49,175 bases of DNA, from positions 1 to 49,175 of the IMG/VR virus record IMGVR_UViG_3300014208_000010. One strand, 5' to 3'. Both the position numbers and the translations under genes were made by a program. Below, in pieces: positions 1 to 9,096 of the stretch (positions are counted from its first letter, which is position 1; the number at the start of each line of letters is the position of its first letter). Source of the stretch: a virus. Taxonomy: Duplodnaviria; Caudoviricetes. A model generated the notes under the pieces. That model saw only the letters and a list, made by a program, of their open reading frames with translations. It was not told where the DNA came from and ran no database searches.

Positions 1-123
1 AATATCTTTGAGGCACTGTCGGCGTTTCAAGGAGAACTCACGACTATTGAGCAAAGCAAGAGTGTGAAGTTCAAAACGAAAGACGGACGCGAAGTTGATT
101 TTAAGTACGCGCCTCTCTCGGAA
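1..123. repeat. Terminal direct repeat, left copy (circular assembly overlap)
   Basis: Bases 1-123 are identical to 49053-49175; the join is in frame inside the ERF gene. Confidence 0.97.
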
Positions 124-732
124 GTTATGAAAGTAATTTACCCTATTCTTGGGCGACACGGACTTTCTGTCCGACACGAAATAACCAAGGACGGAGTTGA
201 CTGTGTTCTTTCTCACGAAACAAGAACGGAAGACACAGACAAAATTGAGGAAATTGAAACAATACAACCGGACGGAACAAAAGAAATACGGGGTGTTTCA
301 AAAACGTTTATTCAAAACGAACTTCGCTCGGGAGTAATTATGGTTTCTCGTTCCGGTGATATGAAAGAAATCGGAGGACAAATTACCTACGCTCGCCGAT
401 ATACTCTTTCTCTCGTACTCGGTATCGCAAGTGAAGAAGATAAAGACACCGAATTTGAGGAACAGAGAAAAGATAATGTTGAGAAGTTTGCAATGGCACA
501 ATCTCGCAAAGGTATTGACGCTTGCAAGACACCGGAAGATGTAGCAAAGTCCGTTGCATTTTTTGAAAACGATTTGAAACTCATTGACGCAGGTAAAGCT
601 CCGATACTCGGTTTGACGAAAGAGAACTACGCCGAACTCAAAGATTTAGCTGTGAAGAAACAGGTTGAACTTCACAAGAATAAAGCTGTCGGTGATACCA
701 CCATTGAACCGATGAACCCAAATTTCGGATAA
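1..732 (+). CDS. ERF-family ssDNA annealing protein, C-terminal part
   Basis: ERF motifs KYAPL...HGL and GGQITYARRYTLSLVLGIASEEDKD. Confidence 0.88.
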   Translation, partial: NIFEALSAFQGELTTIEQSKSVKFKTKDGREVDFKYAPLSEVMKVIYPILGRHGLSVRHEITKDGVDCVLSHETRTEDTDKIEEIETIQPDGTKEIRGVSKTFIQNELRSGVIMVSRSGDMKEIGGQITYARRYTLSLVLGIASEEDKDTEFEEQRKDNVEKFAMAQSRKGIDACKTPEDVAKSVAFFENDLKLIDAGKAPILGLTKENYAELKDLAVKKQVELHKNKAVGDTTIEPMNPNFG

Positions 733-863
733 AGAAGAATTACAGAAAAAATTTGATTATCTCACGAGAGAATTAAAAGATATGGAACACGGAGATACTC
801 ATTATCGTGATGTGTGGGAAGAAAGAGCAGAAGTTAGTAGAAAATTAAGTGCCTTAAAATAAA

Positions 864-1841
864 ATGGAAAACCAAAAACTAGAAATCAAAGAGTTCAGTG
901 TAAAAGAAAGCGAACTTATGTCGCTCGTGGCTTGCACTGAAAACGTTACGAAAGAAGCCGGAGAAGTAGAAATTAAAAAACATATTAAAATCCTCCGTGG
1001 TGCGCAAATTGAAGTGGAGAAAGAGGGTAAACTTCTTCGGGACGGTGCAAACAAATTCCGCACGTGGGTAATTGAAAAAGAAAACGCCCTTACGGATATT
1101 GTTGAACCGGAACTCCAACGACTCGGAACGCTCGCAAGTGAAATCGCACAAGACAAACTGAAAGAACAACGACTCGCCTCACTTCCTATCCGCCGTGATA
1201 GATTATCCGCTCTTGAATTTACTGGGACTGACGAATTTATCCTTTCCTTTGATGACGCGGATTTTGAAACGCATATCAACGAACTCATTGCCGAAAAGAA
1301 CGAACGCACTCGCCAAGACCTTGAACGCCGTGAACGAGATATAAAAGAAAAAGAGGAAAAAGCATTGGAAGAAAAAATATATACGCGCGGAAAAATTCTC
1401 GCAAGTATCGGAATGATACGAATTGGAAACGACTTCAACTGGGGGCAACAAAGATATTCGGTACAAGAGGTTGCCGAAATGACCGAAGAACAATTTGACA
1501 AACTCTTTGCTGAAACGAAAGACGAATACGACAAAGACCAAGCAGAAAAAGCAGAGTCTGACCGACAAGACAAAGAAAAGGACGAAGCTCGTATCCGAAA
1601 AGAAGAACAAGACAAAGCCGACAAACGAGAAGCAGATAGAATTGAGAATGAGAAAAAAGAGAAAGAGGAAAAAGAGCGAAAGGAAAAAGCCGAAGCCGAC
1701 AAGCTCGCCCAAGAGAAAGATTATCAACACTTCCTTACTCGCAACGGCTACTCGGAAAGTTTGAAAGAAAACTTTATTATTCGGAACACAGGGAAACAAT
1801 GCGATTTATTCGTTAAGGTGGATACGTACATTCAAAAATAA
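864..1841 (+). CDS. Coiled-coil, highly charged protein (DUF1351-like, recombination module)
   Basis: 325-aa E/K-rich helical ORF between ERF and the exonuclease. Confidence 0.55.
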   Translation: MENQKLEIKEFSVKESELMSLVACTENVTKEAGEVEIKKHIKILRGAQIEVEKEGKLLRDGANKFRTWVIEKENALTDIVEPELQRLGTLASEIAQDKLKEQRLASLPIRRDRLSALEFTGTDEFILSFDDADFETHINELIAEKNERTRQDLERRERDIKEKEEKALEEKIYTRGKILASIGMIRIGNDFNWGQQRYSVQEVAEMTEEQFDKLFAETKDEYDKDQAEKAESDRQDKEKDEARIRKEEQDKADKREADRIENEKKEKEEKERKEKAEADKLAQEKDYQHFLTRNGYSESLKENFIIRNTGKQCDLFVKVDTYIQK

Positions 1842-1842
1842 T

Positions 1843-2319
1843 ATGTCCTCCGGAATTTATAAAAGACCAACACAAGAAGAACGTTTTTGGAAATATGTAC
1901 AAAAAGGAAAACCGAATGAGTGTTGGTTGTGGATTGGTTGTGTTTTTAAGAAAAGACGCGGATATGGGCAATTCTTTTCTGGAAAACATTCGCGCGCCCA
2001 TAGGTTCTCTTACGAACTACATTACGGTAAAATTCCTGACGGACTTATGGTTCTACACCATTGCGATAATCCCCCCTGCGTAAACCCTAGACATTTGTTT
2101 TGTGGTACAGCAAAGGAAAATACAGAAGATATGATTAAAAAAGGAAGAATGTCAAAAGGAGAAAAACACCCAATCTCAAAACTTACCGAAAAACAAGTTG
2201 TTGAAATAAGAAAAATAGGACTTTCTGGTAAACTAACACAAGGAGAAATTGGAAAAAAATTTGGTGTTTCTAACATAACCATAAGTGATATTATGAGAAA
2301 TAAAAAATGGAAAATATGA
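1843..2319 (+). CDS. HNH homing endonuclease with C-terminal HTH
   Basis: ECWLW...AHRFSYELHYG...VLHHCDNPPCVNPRHL; C-terminal TQGEIGKKFGVS. Confidence 0.93.
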   Translation: MSSGIYKRPTQEERFWKYVQKGKPNECWLWIGCVFKKRRGYGQFFSGKHSRAHRFSYELHYGKIPDGLMVLHHCDNPPCVNPRHLFCGTAKENTEDMIKKGRMSKGEKHPISKLTEKQVVEIRKIGLSGKLTQGEIGKKFGVSNITISDIMRNKKWKI

Positions 2320-3293
2320 GCTTCTTCCCTAATATAAAACCACATTTAAGCCCTTCGGCATTTGCTTGTTGGCACGCAAGCCGTTCGTCTTATATCAAAT
2401 CGTACTTTGAAAACGGAGAAAAGTACGACAGCTACGCGATGAAAGCAGGGAAACAAATCCACGCACTCATTGAAGCCGGACTCTTAAAGGTAATCCACAA
2501 TTACGCGATAAGAGAAAAGCAACTCACTGTACCTATCGGGAATGATATTCTTGCTCTTGGTACGCCGGACTCTTATGAAGTGTTTGAAGTAAAAAATGAA
2601 ACAGAACAAATATACGAGAACTATGTTCGTTTCGTTGACTACAAATCTGGAAAAGAGAATGGCTGGGAAGACGCGGTACTCTATGGCGACCAAAAAATGC
2701 GCTTTACCTCTTGGTTAGTGTGGAAACACACAGACCGACCAAAAAAGATTTACGGAAGCATTGAATATATCCCAACCCAATGGAACGCAAAAACTCACGA
2801 GATAGAACCGACAGGAGAAGATAGCAGTATCGTTGCGGAATTTGTTTACACCTACAACGAAATGGTAGCGTTCTCTGAAACAATGATGAAAGCCGTAAAA
2901 GATATAAACGCTGAATATGATAAATGGCTTGAAAGCGCCGACTTCGTGGATAGAGAAAACGTCCGGGAGTATGTAGAACTTTACGAACAGAACGAAAAGA
3001 TAGAGGCAAGAATGGAAGAATTGAAAGAACTTATCGGGGGGCAACTTGACATAGGGGGAAAGCTTACCTTTGTAGACGAAGCCGGAAGTTTCTATTTCAA
3101 CACCAAAAAGAAGTTTGAATATCCGACAGGACTTCGTGTGAATTACAAGGATTATGGAATTACCATTGAAGACGCGGAAGAAATCGCAAAATTTGCGTCG
3201 TCCGCAAAGAAAAATTTTGAAGTTGCAAATGACCCGATCAGTGTGAGTAAAACTTTGGCATTTCGCCCAAAGAAAAAGAAAATAAAAAAATGA
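2307..3293 (+). CDS. PD-(D/E)XK (RecB/Cas4-like) exonuclease; start may be 2316
   Basis: HLSPS...GKQIHALIE...GTPD...VDYKSG. Confidence 0.8.
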   Translation: MENMSFFPNIKPHLSPSAFACWHASRSSYIKSYFENGEKYDSYAMKAGKQIHALIEAGLLKVIHNYAIREKQLTVPIGNDILALGTPDSYEVFEVKNETEQIYENYVRFVDYKSGKENGWEDAVLYGDQKMRFTSWLVWKHTDRPKKIYGSIEYIPTQWNAKTHEIEPTGEDSSIVAEFVYTYNEMVAFSETMMKAVKDINAEYDKWLESADFVDRENVREYVELYEQNEKIEARMEELKELIGGQLDIGGKLTFVDEAGSFYFNTKKKFEYPTGLRVNYKDYGITIEDAEEIAKFASSAKKNFEVANDPISVSKTLAFRPKKKKIKK

Positions 3294-3682
3294 ACCAAGA
3301 CCACGATTATTTAGTAAATAGGTGGCTCGTAACACGGGGGGGTCGTAACCGTGAGGACTTAATGACTGACGAACAGGGGCAATATGTTCCAATGCAAAGT
3401 GGACACAAACAAGTGAAAGTCTACGTCCCGAGCTACTACGAACTCAAAAATTTCTATTTCAAAAATCGGCTTGAAACTCCGAGAGAAAGAGATAGAAGAC
3501 AACACCAATATCTATATGCGAACAAAAAGCGTAACGTTGATGTATCAAATAACCCCGACTCAAATTCTTCCGCCTCCGAAACTAGACTTGGAGAGGAAAG
3601 AGGAATGGCTGAAAGAGATACAGAGAACAATACCAAGCGAGTGGGAGTTTGTCCTAGTGAAAGTGAAGTACGAACTTTTTGA
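3290..3682 (+). CDS. Hypothetical protein (3' part overlaps next gene)
   Basis: ATGA-coupled to the upstream gene; C-terminal half looks like run-on. Confidence 0.45.
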   Translation: MNQDHDYLVNRWLVTRGGRNREDLMTDEQGQYVPMQSGHKQVKVYVPSYYELKNFYFKNRLETPRERDRRQHQYLYANKKRNVDVSNNPDSNSSASETRLGEERGMAERDTENNTKRVGVCPSESEVRTF

Positions 3683-4079
3683 TCCGGCAATCCAAGACCA
3701 ACAGAGATTTTTTGAGGGGGCGTGCGTGGCTTACTACGCTATCCAAAACCTTGATATGACTGTTGGAAGACCAGACGCTGTAACCTTAAAAATGTATAGA
3801 GAAACTATCCTTGATGAAATGCTTGGCTATGATTTGCAACTCGTGAACCGAACTGCGCGAAGAAGAACCTCCACAACCGACTGGAAAAGCGTATCAAAGT
3901 GGAATACCTTTCTCAAAACTCTTGAAGAAACATTGTTTGACTCTCACGGCTATGAGTTCCCCGACTCCGAACACTTTTGGAAAATGGTAAAAGAACACGG
4001 ACACGACCAAGCGAAAGAAATCGTAATAGACCAATTACAAAACCGAATAAAATTAAAACTACAATGTCCAAAGACATAA
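3516..4079 (+). CDS. Hypothetical protein, possibly NinB-like
   Basis: ATG at 3516 after an AT-rich leader; QQRFFEG...YYA and RRTSTTDW resemble the NinB layout. Confidence 0.5.
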   Translation: MRTKSVTLMYQITPTQILPPPKLDLERKEEWLKEIQRTIPSEWEFVLVKVKYELFDPAIQDQQRFFEGACVAYYAIQNLDMTVGRPDAVTLKMYRETILDEMLGYDLQLVNRTARRRTSTTDWKSVSKWNTFLKTLEETLFDSHGYEFPDSEHFWKMVKEHGHDQAKEIVIDQLQNRIKLKLQCPKT

Positions 4080-4450
4080 AAATTTATACCGAATACGAAT
4101 ACGGCGGAAAATCTGTTGCGTACCTCACGAAGAAATACCACATCGCTCGTTCAACCCTGTATAACATTATTGACCGCGTTGAAAAAGGCGAACCGGAACG
4201 AGTGGAGGCGTGCGCCCGGAAATGCGTACAGAACGCCCGGTGGCAATATCTTTACCAAGCCCGATACCTCTCCATTCCCAAGAACCGTAAAAAAGAAACC
4301 GTGGAGAAATTGAAAACCTTAATTCGCGAAATGCACGCAGACCATTTTGTTGCGTCCGAAATTGCGAAACTTACAAAAAAAGACCGATCTACTATTAACT
4401 TTCATCTAAATTCAAATGCCAACGATACTAAAACCGTGTGCAAGAAATAA
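4064..4450 (+). CDS. HTH DNA-binding protein (two HTH-like segments)
   Basis: SVAYLTKKYHIARSTLYNII and ASEIAKLTKKDRSTINFHL. Confidence 0.7.
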   Translation: MSKDIKIYTEYEYGGKSVAYLTKKYHIARSTLYNIIDRVEKGEPERVEACARKCVQNARWQYLYQARYLSIPKNRKKETVEKLKTLIREMHADHFVASEIAKLTKKDRSTINFHLNSNANDTKTVCKK

Positions 4451-4586
4451 ACAAGGGGATATTATACACAAACTGAAAAAACTTACTGACGGACACGGGC
4501 ATTTTTTCACTGTTTGTGCTGATTGTGGGTCGTATGAAGTAACAACACAAAAATATGCTGTGGGATTATCAAAAGCAAGCCGTTGA
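4416..4586 (+). CDS. Small Cys/His protein (56 aa)
   Basis: MPTILKPCAR...VCADCGS fills the gap before the helicase. Confidence 0.35.
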   Translation: MPTILKPCARNKQGDIIHKLKKLTDGHGHFFTVCADCGSYEVTTQKYAVGLSKASR

Positions 4587-5976
4587 GTTCGTTGGAGAGG
4601 TATCAAAGGGGTATCTTGCAATGGGACTTGGCACTGGAAAAACGATCACAGCCCTTTCCGCAGGGGTACAATACTCCAAAAAAGGTGGGATACTCGTCAT
4701 TGCCGAAAAGAACGAGGTCGTAAACTCTCAAAATTTTATGCGAGAGAGCGAAAACTTTGACGGCTGGAATTATTACAACCTCCGCGACACAATGATAGGA
4801 AATTGGGGACTGAATGAGAAAGTGATATGTGGTATCAACCCGGACGCACTGGATAAGGTGGATATTCCGGCTCTGACGATATTATTTGATGTCTTGGTGG
4901 TAGATGAGTCCACTATGGCTAAAAACACCTCCACGGCTCGTTTCAAGGCAATTAAGAGGGTAGCAGATGTGATGTCGCACGTGATATTGCTATCCGGGAC
5001 GCCAATGATGAACGGCGCGTCCGAATTGTACGCTCCGTTGCTTCTCTTGGGACACCCTCTTGCTGGCGAGGGGAGGGTAAAGGATCGGGAAGCGTTTGAG
5101 AATATCTTTTGTTCCGTTTACACTATCCCGAACCGAAACGCGAAAGTGAAATGGTTAAAAATCCGAGTGGTAAAGGACGCGAAGTATATCCGAGAATTAC
5201 GCCTATTGCTTGAAGACCAGTTCTATTTTCTCCGCAAAGAGGAGGCAGGAGTATTCAAGAAGAAGAATAGGAGAGTAAAACAGATACCAATGACAGTTCC
5301 TTGGCTGATAGAGTATCAACAAGCGTGGGACGAATATATGGCGACACTAAATGTTCGGGAATTTGATACCGAGAAAAAGAAAGCAACATTTTTGAAAAAC
5401 GTAAAGCAGTTGAAAAATCTTATTGAGAATGGAAAAGTGTATCAAGTAAATTCAAAATGGAAAGCCCGACAGGTGGTGGAGGATATTAAGAAAGGTGAAT
5501 ACGGCGACAAAAGAATTGTGATATTTTCTTTATTCATTGAAACCGACGACTACATTTGCGAATTACTTACGGAGGCGTGTATAAAACACCGCAGATTTGA
5601 CGATGTGAGAGAGTTTAAGACCGGAGATGAGCAAGTTCTCGTAGGGAGGATTAAAGCGCACGGCAAGGGTGGTAACGTGCCAGAGGCAAGCGTTGTGATT
5701 ATGGTTGATATGGACTTCGTACCAGCGAATAACATTCAAGCCGAAAACAGAATTGACCGCCCCGAGCAAAAAAATGAAATGGACGTGGTTTATTACATAA
5801 CCGAGGGAGAGGACGTGGTGGACGCGCACGTGCGAGAAATCAACCGAGAAAAGAATAAAGCGATCAATGAGTTTATGCGACCATTCGCCCCGGGTGAGAG
5901 GGATAGAGTCCACGAGTCATTGGCAAAATTAAAGAGAGAACATTATAAGAACTTTAACACACTAGGATATTTATGA
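4555..5976 (+). CDS. SNF2-family (SF2) helicase
   Basis: YQKQAV, GLGTGKT (Walker A), VVDES, LSGTP, QAENRIDR. Confidence 0.92.
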   Translation: MLWDYQKQAVEFVGEVSKGYLAMGLGTGKTITALSAGVQYSKKGGILVIAEKNEVVNSQNFMRESENFDGWNYYNLRDTMIGNWGLNEKVICGINPDALDKVDIPALTILFDVLVVDESTMAKNTSTARFKAIKRVADVMSHVILLSGTPMMNGASELYAPLLLLGHPLAGEGRVKDREAFENIFCSVYTIPNRNAKVKWLKIRVVKDAKYIRELRLLLEDQFYFLRKEEAGVFKKKNRRVKQIPMTVPWLIEYQQAWDEYMATLNVREFDTEKKKATFLKNVKQLKNLIENGKVYQVNSKWKARQVVEDIKKGEYGDKRIVIFSLFIETDDYICELLTEACIKHRRFDDVREFKTGDEQVLVGRIKAHGKGGNVPEASVVIMVDMDFVPANNIQAENRIDRPEQKNEMDVVYYITEGEDVVDAHVREINREKNKAINEFMRPFAPGERDRVHESLAKLKREHYKNFNTLGYL

Positions 5977-6437
5977 AGAAAAAATATCAACCAGAAATAT
6001 GTGAACATTGTGGACAAACAAAAACCTATGAACTTCCTCTTGATAAAGGAAGTGCAAAAATAGTGATATCCATAGTATCGGCAATTTCAAAAAAAGGAGT
6101 CAATGAAATACACCCAACACGTGAAATGGATTTGTCAGGAAGTAAAAAATGGTTCACAACAAATTTATCGCGTCCACGTTTCCACGGTATTATTGCTTAT
6201 GTTAATGGGAAATCGGGATATTATTGTTTAACAAGAAAAGCCGGAAAATTTCTTCGCGGAGAAAATATACCAAGGTGCGCAATAATTTCAAAAGTAACAG
6301 GAAAACAAGAGGGATATTTACCAGAAATGACAACAATAAGTAAACTTCTTAAAGAGCCAATTATGTGGTCGGGCAATGAAAAAAATATAATAGAATTGTT
6401 AGACCCAATAGAGGTAGGACAAACACAAATGTTTTAG
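5973..6437 (+). CDS. Hypothetical protein with N-terminal CxxC and winged-helix-like region
   Basis: CEHCGQ; SGYYCLTRKAGKFLRG. Confidence 0.6.
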   Translation: MKKKYQPEICEHCGQTKTYELPLDKGSAKIVISIVSAISKKGVNEIHPTREMDLSGSKKWFTTNLSRPRFHGIIAYVNGKSGYYCLTRKAGKFLRGENIPRCAIISKVTGKQEGYLPEMTTISKLLKEPIMWSGNEKNIIELLDPIEVGQTQMF

Positions 6438-6442
6438 AAAAG

Positions 6443-6487
6443 TTATCCACAGTTTGATTTGCAAACATTCCACCGATAGTGTAGTAT
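6443..6487 (+). promoter_or_regulatory. DnaA box plus sigma70 promoter
   Basis: TTATCCACA 6443-6451; TTGCAA 6459-6464, 17 bp, TAGTAT 6482-6487. Confidence 0.7.
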
Positions 6488-6516
6488 AACTACATTATTA
6501 GTTAAGTGGAAATTGT

Positions 6517-6696
6517 ATGCAAGAAAATTATACAATAGGGTGGCGGTATTACGAGGGGAAACGTAAACGCCAAGAGTTTATAAAGGGATTAAAGGGTGCT
6601 TGCCTTATAGTCGTAGAGGGAAGTGCAATGCTGTTTATTATCGGGGCAATGCTCTATATGACGGCAGTAGGTACACTAATGTTGCAGTATAACTAA
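6517..6696 (+). CDS. Small membrane protein (59 aa)
   Basis: First ORF after the promoter; hydrophobic C-terminus. Confidence 0.6.
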   Translation: MQENYTIGWRYYEGKRKRQEFIKGLKGACLIVVEGSAMLFIIGAMLYMTAVGTLMLQYN

Positions 6697-6697
6697 T

Positions 6698-6862
6698 ATG
6701 AAAAACCCAAAAGACCAAATTTGTGAAATGGTAGACGCACTAATTATACGAATACAAAAATCAGGACAGTACATTACAGAAGACGCAAAAATGGACGCGA
6801 AAAGAATAAAGTCGTTTGTTCAAGAACTTTCGCTTAATCCTAATATCTATAATGATAACTAA
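6698..6862 (+). CDS. Hypothetical protein (54 aa)
   Basis: MKNPKDQICEMVD..., tightly packed between neighbours. Confidence 0.55.
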   Translation: MKNPKDQICEMVDALIIRIQKSGQYITEDAKMDAKRIKSFVQELSLNPNIYNDN

Positions 6863-6863
6863 T

Positions 6864-7178
6864 ATGAGAAAGAAGAAACCTTGTATAATGTTAGACCACC
6901 ACGAGAAGTGGAACGAAATGGGGGTAGAGATTTGTATAATGTGTAAAGAGAAAATAGGGAAATCATATATGGAACGTTTGAGAGATAAAATCGCTTTGAT
7001 ACCATACGAAGACAAACAGGCGTTTCTCAATCATTTACGCGAGGGAAAGAACGTCGGAGAAGCTATCAAGGCAGTTGACCCGGAGGGGAAGTACAACACA
7101 ATGAGTGAGTGGTATCAAGTTCTTTCGGATAATATCCAAACATTCTCTTATGAAGTTTTAAGAAAAGACGCTGTATGA
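6864..7178 (+). CDS. Hypothetical protein with Cys/His N-terminus
   Basis: ATG 6864; C..HH..CIMC. Confidence 0.6.
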   Translation: MRKKKPCIMLDHHEKWNEMGVEICIMCKEKIGKSYMERLRDKIALIPYEDKQAFLNHLREGKNVGEAIKAVDPEGKYNTMSEWYQVLSDNIQTFSYEVLRKDAV

Positions 7179-7345
7179 TAGGTTGCCAAAACAAAGAACA
7201 CGCGAAGTTTTGCGACAAGAACGAACGTTGTGGACGTTGTGAACTATCCACTTGCGCCGAAAACTTTGAATATCATATCTGTGCGTACGTATTAAAAGCT
7301 AAACAACAATACCGTGCTAGTATCAAATTTAATAAAACTTCTTGA
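7175..7345 (+). CDS. Small Cys-rich (Zn-binding?) protein (56 aa)
   Basis: MIGCQNKEH..C..CGRC..C..H.C; ATGA overlap with the upstream gene. Confidence 0.5.
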   Translation: MIGCQNKEHAKFCDKNERCGRCELSTCAENFEYHICAYVLKAKQQYRASIKFNKTS

Positions 7346-7481
7346 AGAAAAATACGAGGCACACGGAGATGTGAATGTATCTATTTACAAGAGTTTTGAG
7401 AAAAAAAATGTACAGTTGGACTCGTCAGATGTTTTTTATGACGAAAAAGTTAATGATATTTATATTGGAATATATGACTGA
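7314..7481 (+). CDS. Hypothetical protein (55 aa, GTG start)
   Basis: MLVSNLIKLLEEKYEAHGDVNV..., a typical small phage protein start. Confidence 0.5.
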   Translation: MLVSNLIKLLEEKYEAHGDVNVSIYKSFEKKNVQLDSSDVFYDEKVNDIYIGIYD

Positions 7482-7659
7482 ACAACAAATAGACAAAGGG
7501 CAGGAACTTTTGATTAAACATCTACGTGGGATATTGGAAGACGCGGAGAGGGGGGAGTTTGGTGATTTTACAAATGTTAAATATCCCGCTCCAAAAATGG
7601 CTCTCCGTGCAAATTTATTGGAAATGGCAGAAAACGTAATCCAAGGAATATATGATTGA
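7474..7659 (+). CDS. Hypothetical protein (61 aa)
   Basis: MTEQQIDKGQ...; flanked by a direct repeat. Confidence 0.6.
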   Translation: MTEQQIDKGQELLIKHLRGILEDAERGEFGDFTNVKYPAPKMALRANLLEMAENVIQGIYD

Positions 7660-7825
7660 ACAAATAACCGTATCAACGTGTTGCAAAGCCGATGTCCACA
7701 CCTATGAAGACGGAAACTACTGCGCGAAATGCCACAAGATGTGTGTGTTAATGACCGTTCCTCACTCTTTTGAAACAGAAGTCCCCGGCGGAGATTTTAC
7801 CGGTGCGACAGAGGGCGACAGGTAG
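7652..7825 (+). CDS. Small Zn-ribbon-like protein (57 aa)
   Basis: STCCKA...YCAKCHKMC. Confidence 0.55.
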   Translation: MIEQITVSTCCKADVHTYEDGNYCAKCHKMCVLMTVPHSFETEVPGGDFTGATEGDR

Positions 7826-8010
7826 GTGCATAGATATTCGTAAAAACCTACGCATTATAAATTAAAGTTGCATAGATTTATGGAAAAATGGTTTGCTTGG
7901 TATCCGGTAAAAGCGTGTACAAATTGTGGGAAAAAATGGGTTTGGTTTTCCACTGTTTATCGTTCAAAACGTTGCGCAGGAGGGTGGAGATATGAGATAA
8001 TATAATTATT

Positions 8011-8211
8011 ATGGACACAAAAGAATGGGGAACTATTGAGGAAGTTTTGCCAGAGCTTAACTACAAAGTAAAGCTCGCGAACGGCAGGATACTTCGTTGC
8101 TATACCGCCGGGAAACTTATTAAAAATCGTATTCGTTGCGGTATCGGCGACAGAGTAGAGGTTGTTGTACCAACCACGGGAGATATTGGGCGTGTAGTTT
8201 GGAGAAAATAA
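8011..8211 (+). CDS. infA: Translation initiation factor IF-1
   Basis: GTIEEVLP..YKVKLANG....YTAGKL.KNRIR...GDRVEV.....GRVVWR aligns by eye with bacterial IF-1 along its length. Confidence 0.92.
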   Translation: MDTKEWGTIEEVLPELNYKVKLANGRILRCYTAGKLIKNRIRCGIGDRVEVVVPTTGDIGRVVWRK

Positions 8212-8234
8212 CATTAAAAATAATTACAGAAAAT

Positions 8235-8567
8235 ATGAAAAACATTTTTGATAGTATCGTAAAATTTGGTAGAAAGTTAAAACCACAAGGACGTGGTATT
8301 GGAAACCAAGCACTACAAGCGTCCCTTTATTTTGGTATAACATTGTTTTGTGCGACAGAATTTCTTTTTATTACACAAGGCGGTTTTCTTTTTTGGGTAG
8401 CGAACATACTCTCGTGTTTCCTTTTAGTGGTAGCGTGTGAATTTATTGTTTCTTCTCTCGTAATGAACCAGCGAGCGTTGAGAGAAATCTATAAAATCAT
8501 AGACCAAGCCGGACAAATAATCTTGAAAAGAGAAGAAGAAGAAAGTAAAAAACAATCCGATGAATGA
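8235..8567 (+). CDS. Membrane protein with two TM segments
   Basis: ATG 8235; two hydrophobic stretches and a charged tail. Confidence 0.65.
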   Translation: MKNIFDSIVKFGRKLKPQGRGIGNQALQASLYFGITLFCATEFLFITQGGFLFWVANILSCFLLVVACEFIVSSLVMNQRALREIYKIIDQAGQIILKREEEESKKQSDE

Positions 8568-8934
8568 AATACCCTCACCATTTCAAAAAGAGATAAGACC
8601 GAAGACTCCAAACACCCACAGAGTATCAGCCGAAGAAGTGGAAGCATTTAAGCGTATGCTCCATCTCCAAAAACTTGTAGTCATATCAGAAAGAATGGAC
8701 GGCGGAATACAAGAACACGGAATAGTGGTAAACGGATATTCGCCGATAGAGGTTGTGGAAGTATTAAGGCACTTGCTTTCCGTACTCTCGGACGAAATGA
8801 AGCCCGGCAAGAGATTAAACAATCTCCAAAATAAAGGAGGACGCGTTGATTTTGAGAGGTTGGAAGAAGACAAAGACCCCGACACCAACGACCCAAGTCA
8901 ATTTCCGGCGGACGGAAATGATATGGAATTATAA
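8560..8934 (+). CDS. Hypothetical protein
   Basis: 124-aa ORF coupled to the upstream gene. Confidence 0.6.
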   Translation: MNEIPSPFQKEIRPKTPNTHRVSAEEVEAFKRMLHLQKLVVISERMDGGIQEHGIVVNGYSPIEVVEVLRHLLSVLSDEMKPGKRLNNLQNKGGRVDFERLEEDKDPDTNDPSQFPADGNDMEL

Positions 8935-8938
8935 AATG

Positions 8939-9013
8939 TTTCCTCTCTCGTAAAGCCCGCAGTTCAAGTCGTCTAACAGGGCGGGGCTTGAACGGGGTTT
9001 ACGGGAGAGGAGA
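8939..9013 (+). ncRNA. Long stable hairpin immediately 5' of tRNA-Tyr
   Basis: TCCTCTCTCGTAAAGCCCG pairs with CGGGGTTTACGGGAGAGGA; inner stem TTCAAGTC/GGCTTGAA. Confidence 0.5.
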
Positions 9014-9094
9014 GCGTATCTAGGACGTACGGCTCGTCGGCAGTCTGTAAAACTACTTCCATTGGACAACGTGGTTCAACTCCACGGATACGCA
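9014..9094 (+). tRNA. tRNA-Tyr(GTA), CCA not encoded
   Basis: Acceptor GCGTATC/GATACGC plus A73; D stem GACG/CGTC; anticodon loop CTGTAAA; extended variable arm; T arm CGTGG-TTCAACT-CCACG. Confidence 0.85.
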
Positions 9095-9096
9095 CT

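Noticed and set aside
1-123. Physical terminal repeat of the virion DNA
   Set aside because: It falls mid-gene and in frame within ERF, so it is best explained as an assembly overlap of a circular or permuted genome
2307-3293. Cas4 / CRISPR system
   Set aside because: No repeat-spacer array or other cas genes seen; a stand-alone PD-(D/E)XK nuclease near ERF is ordinary
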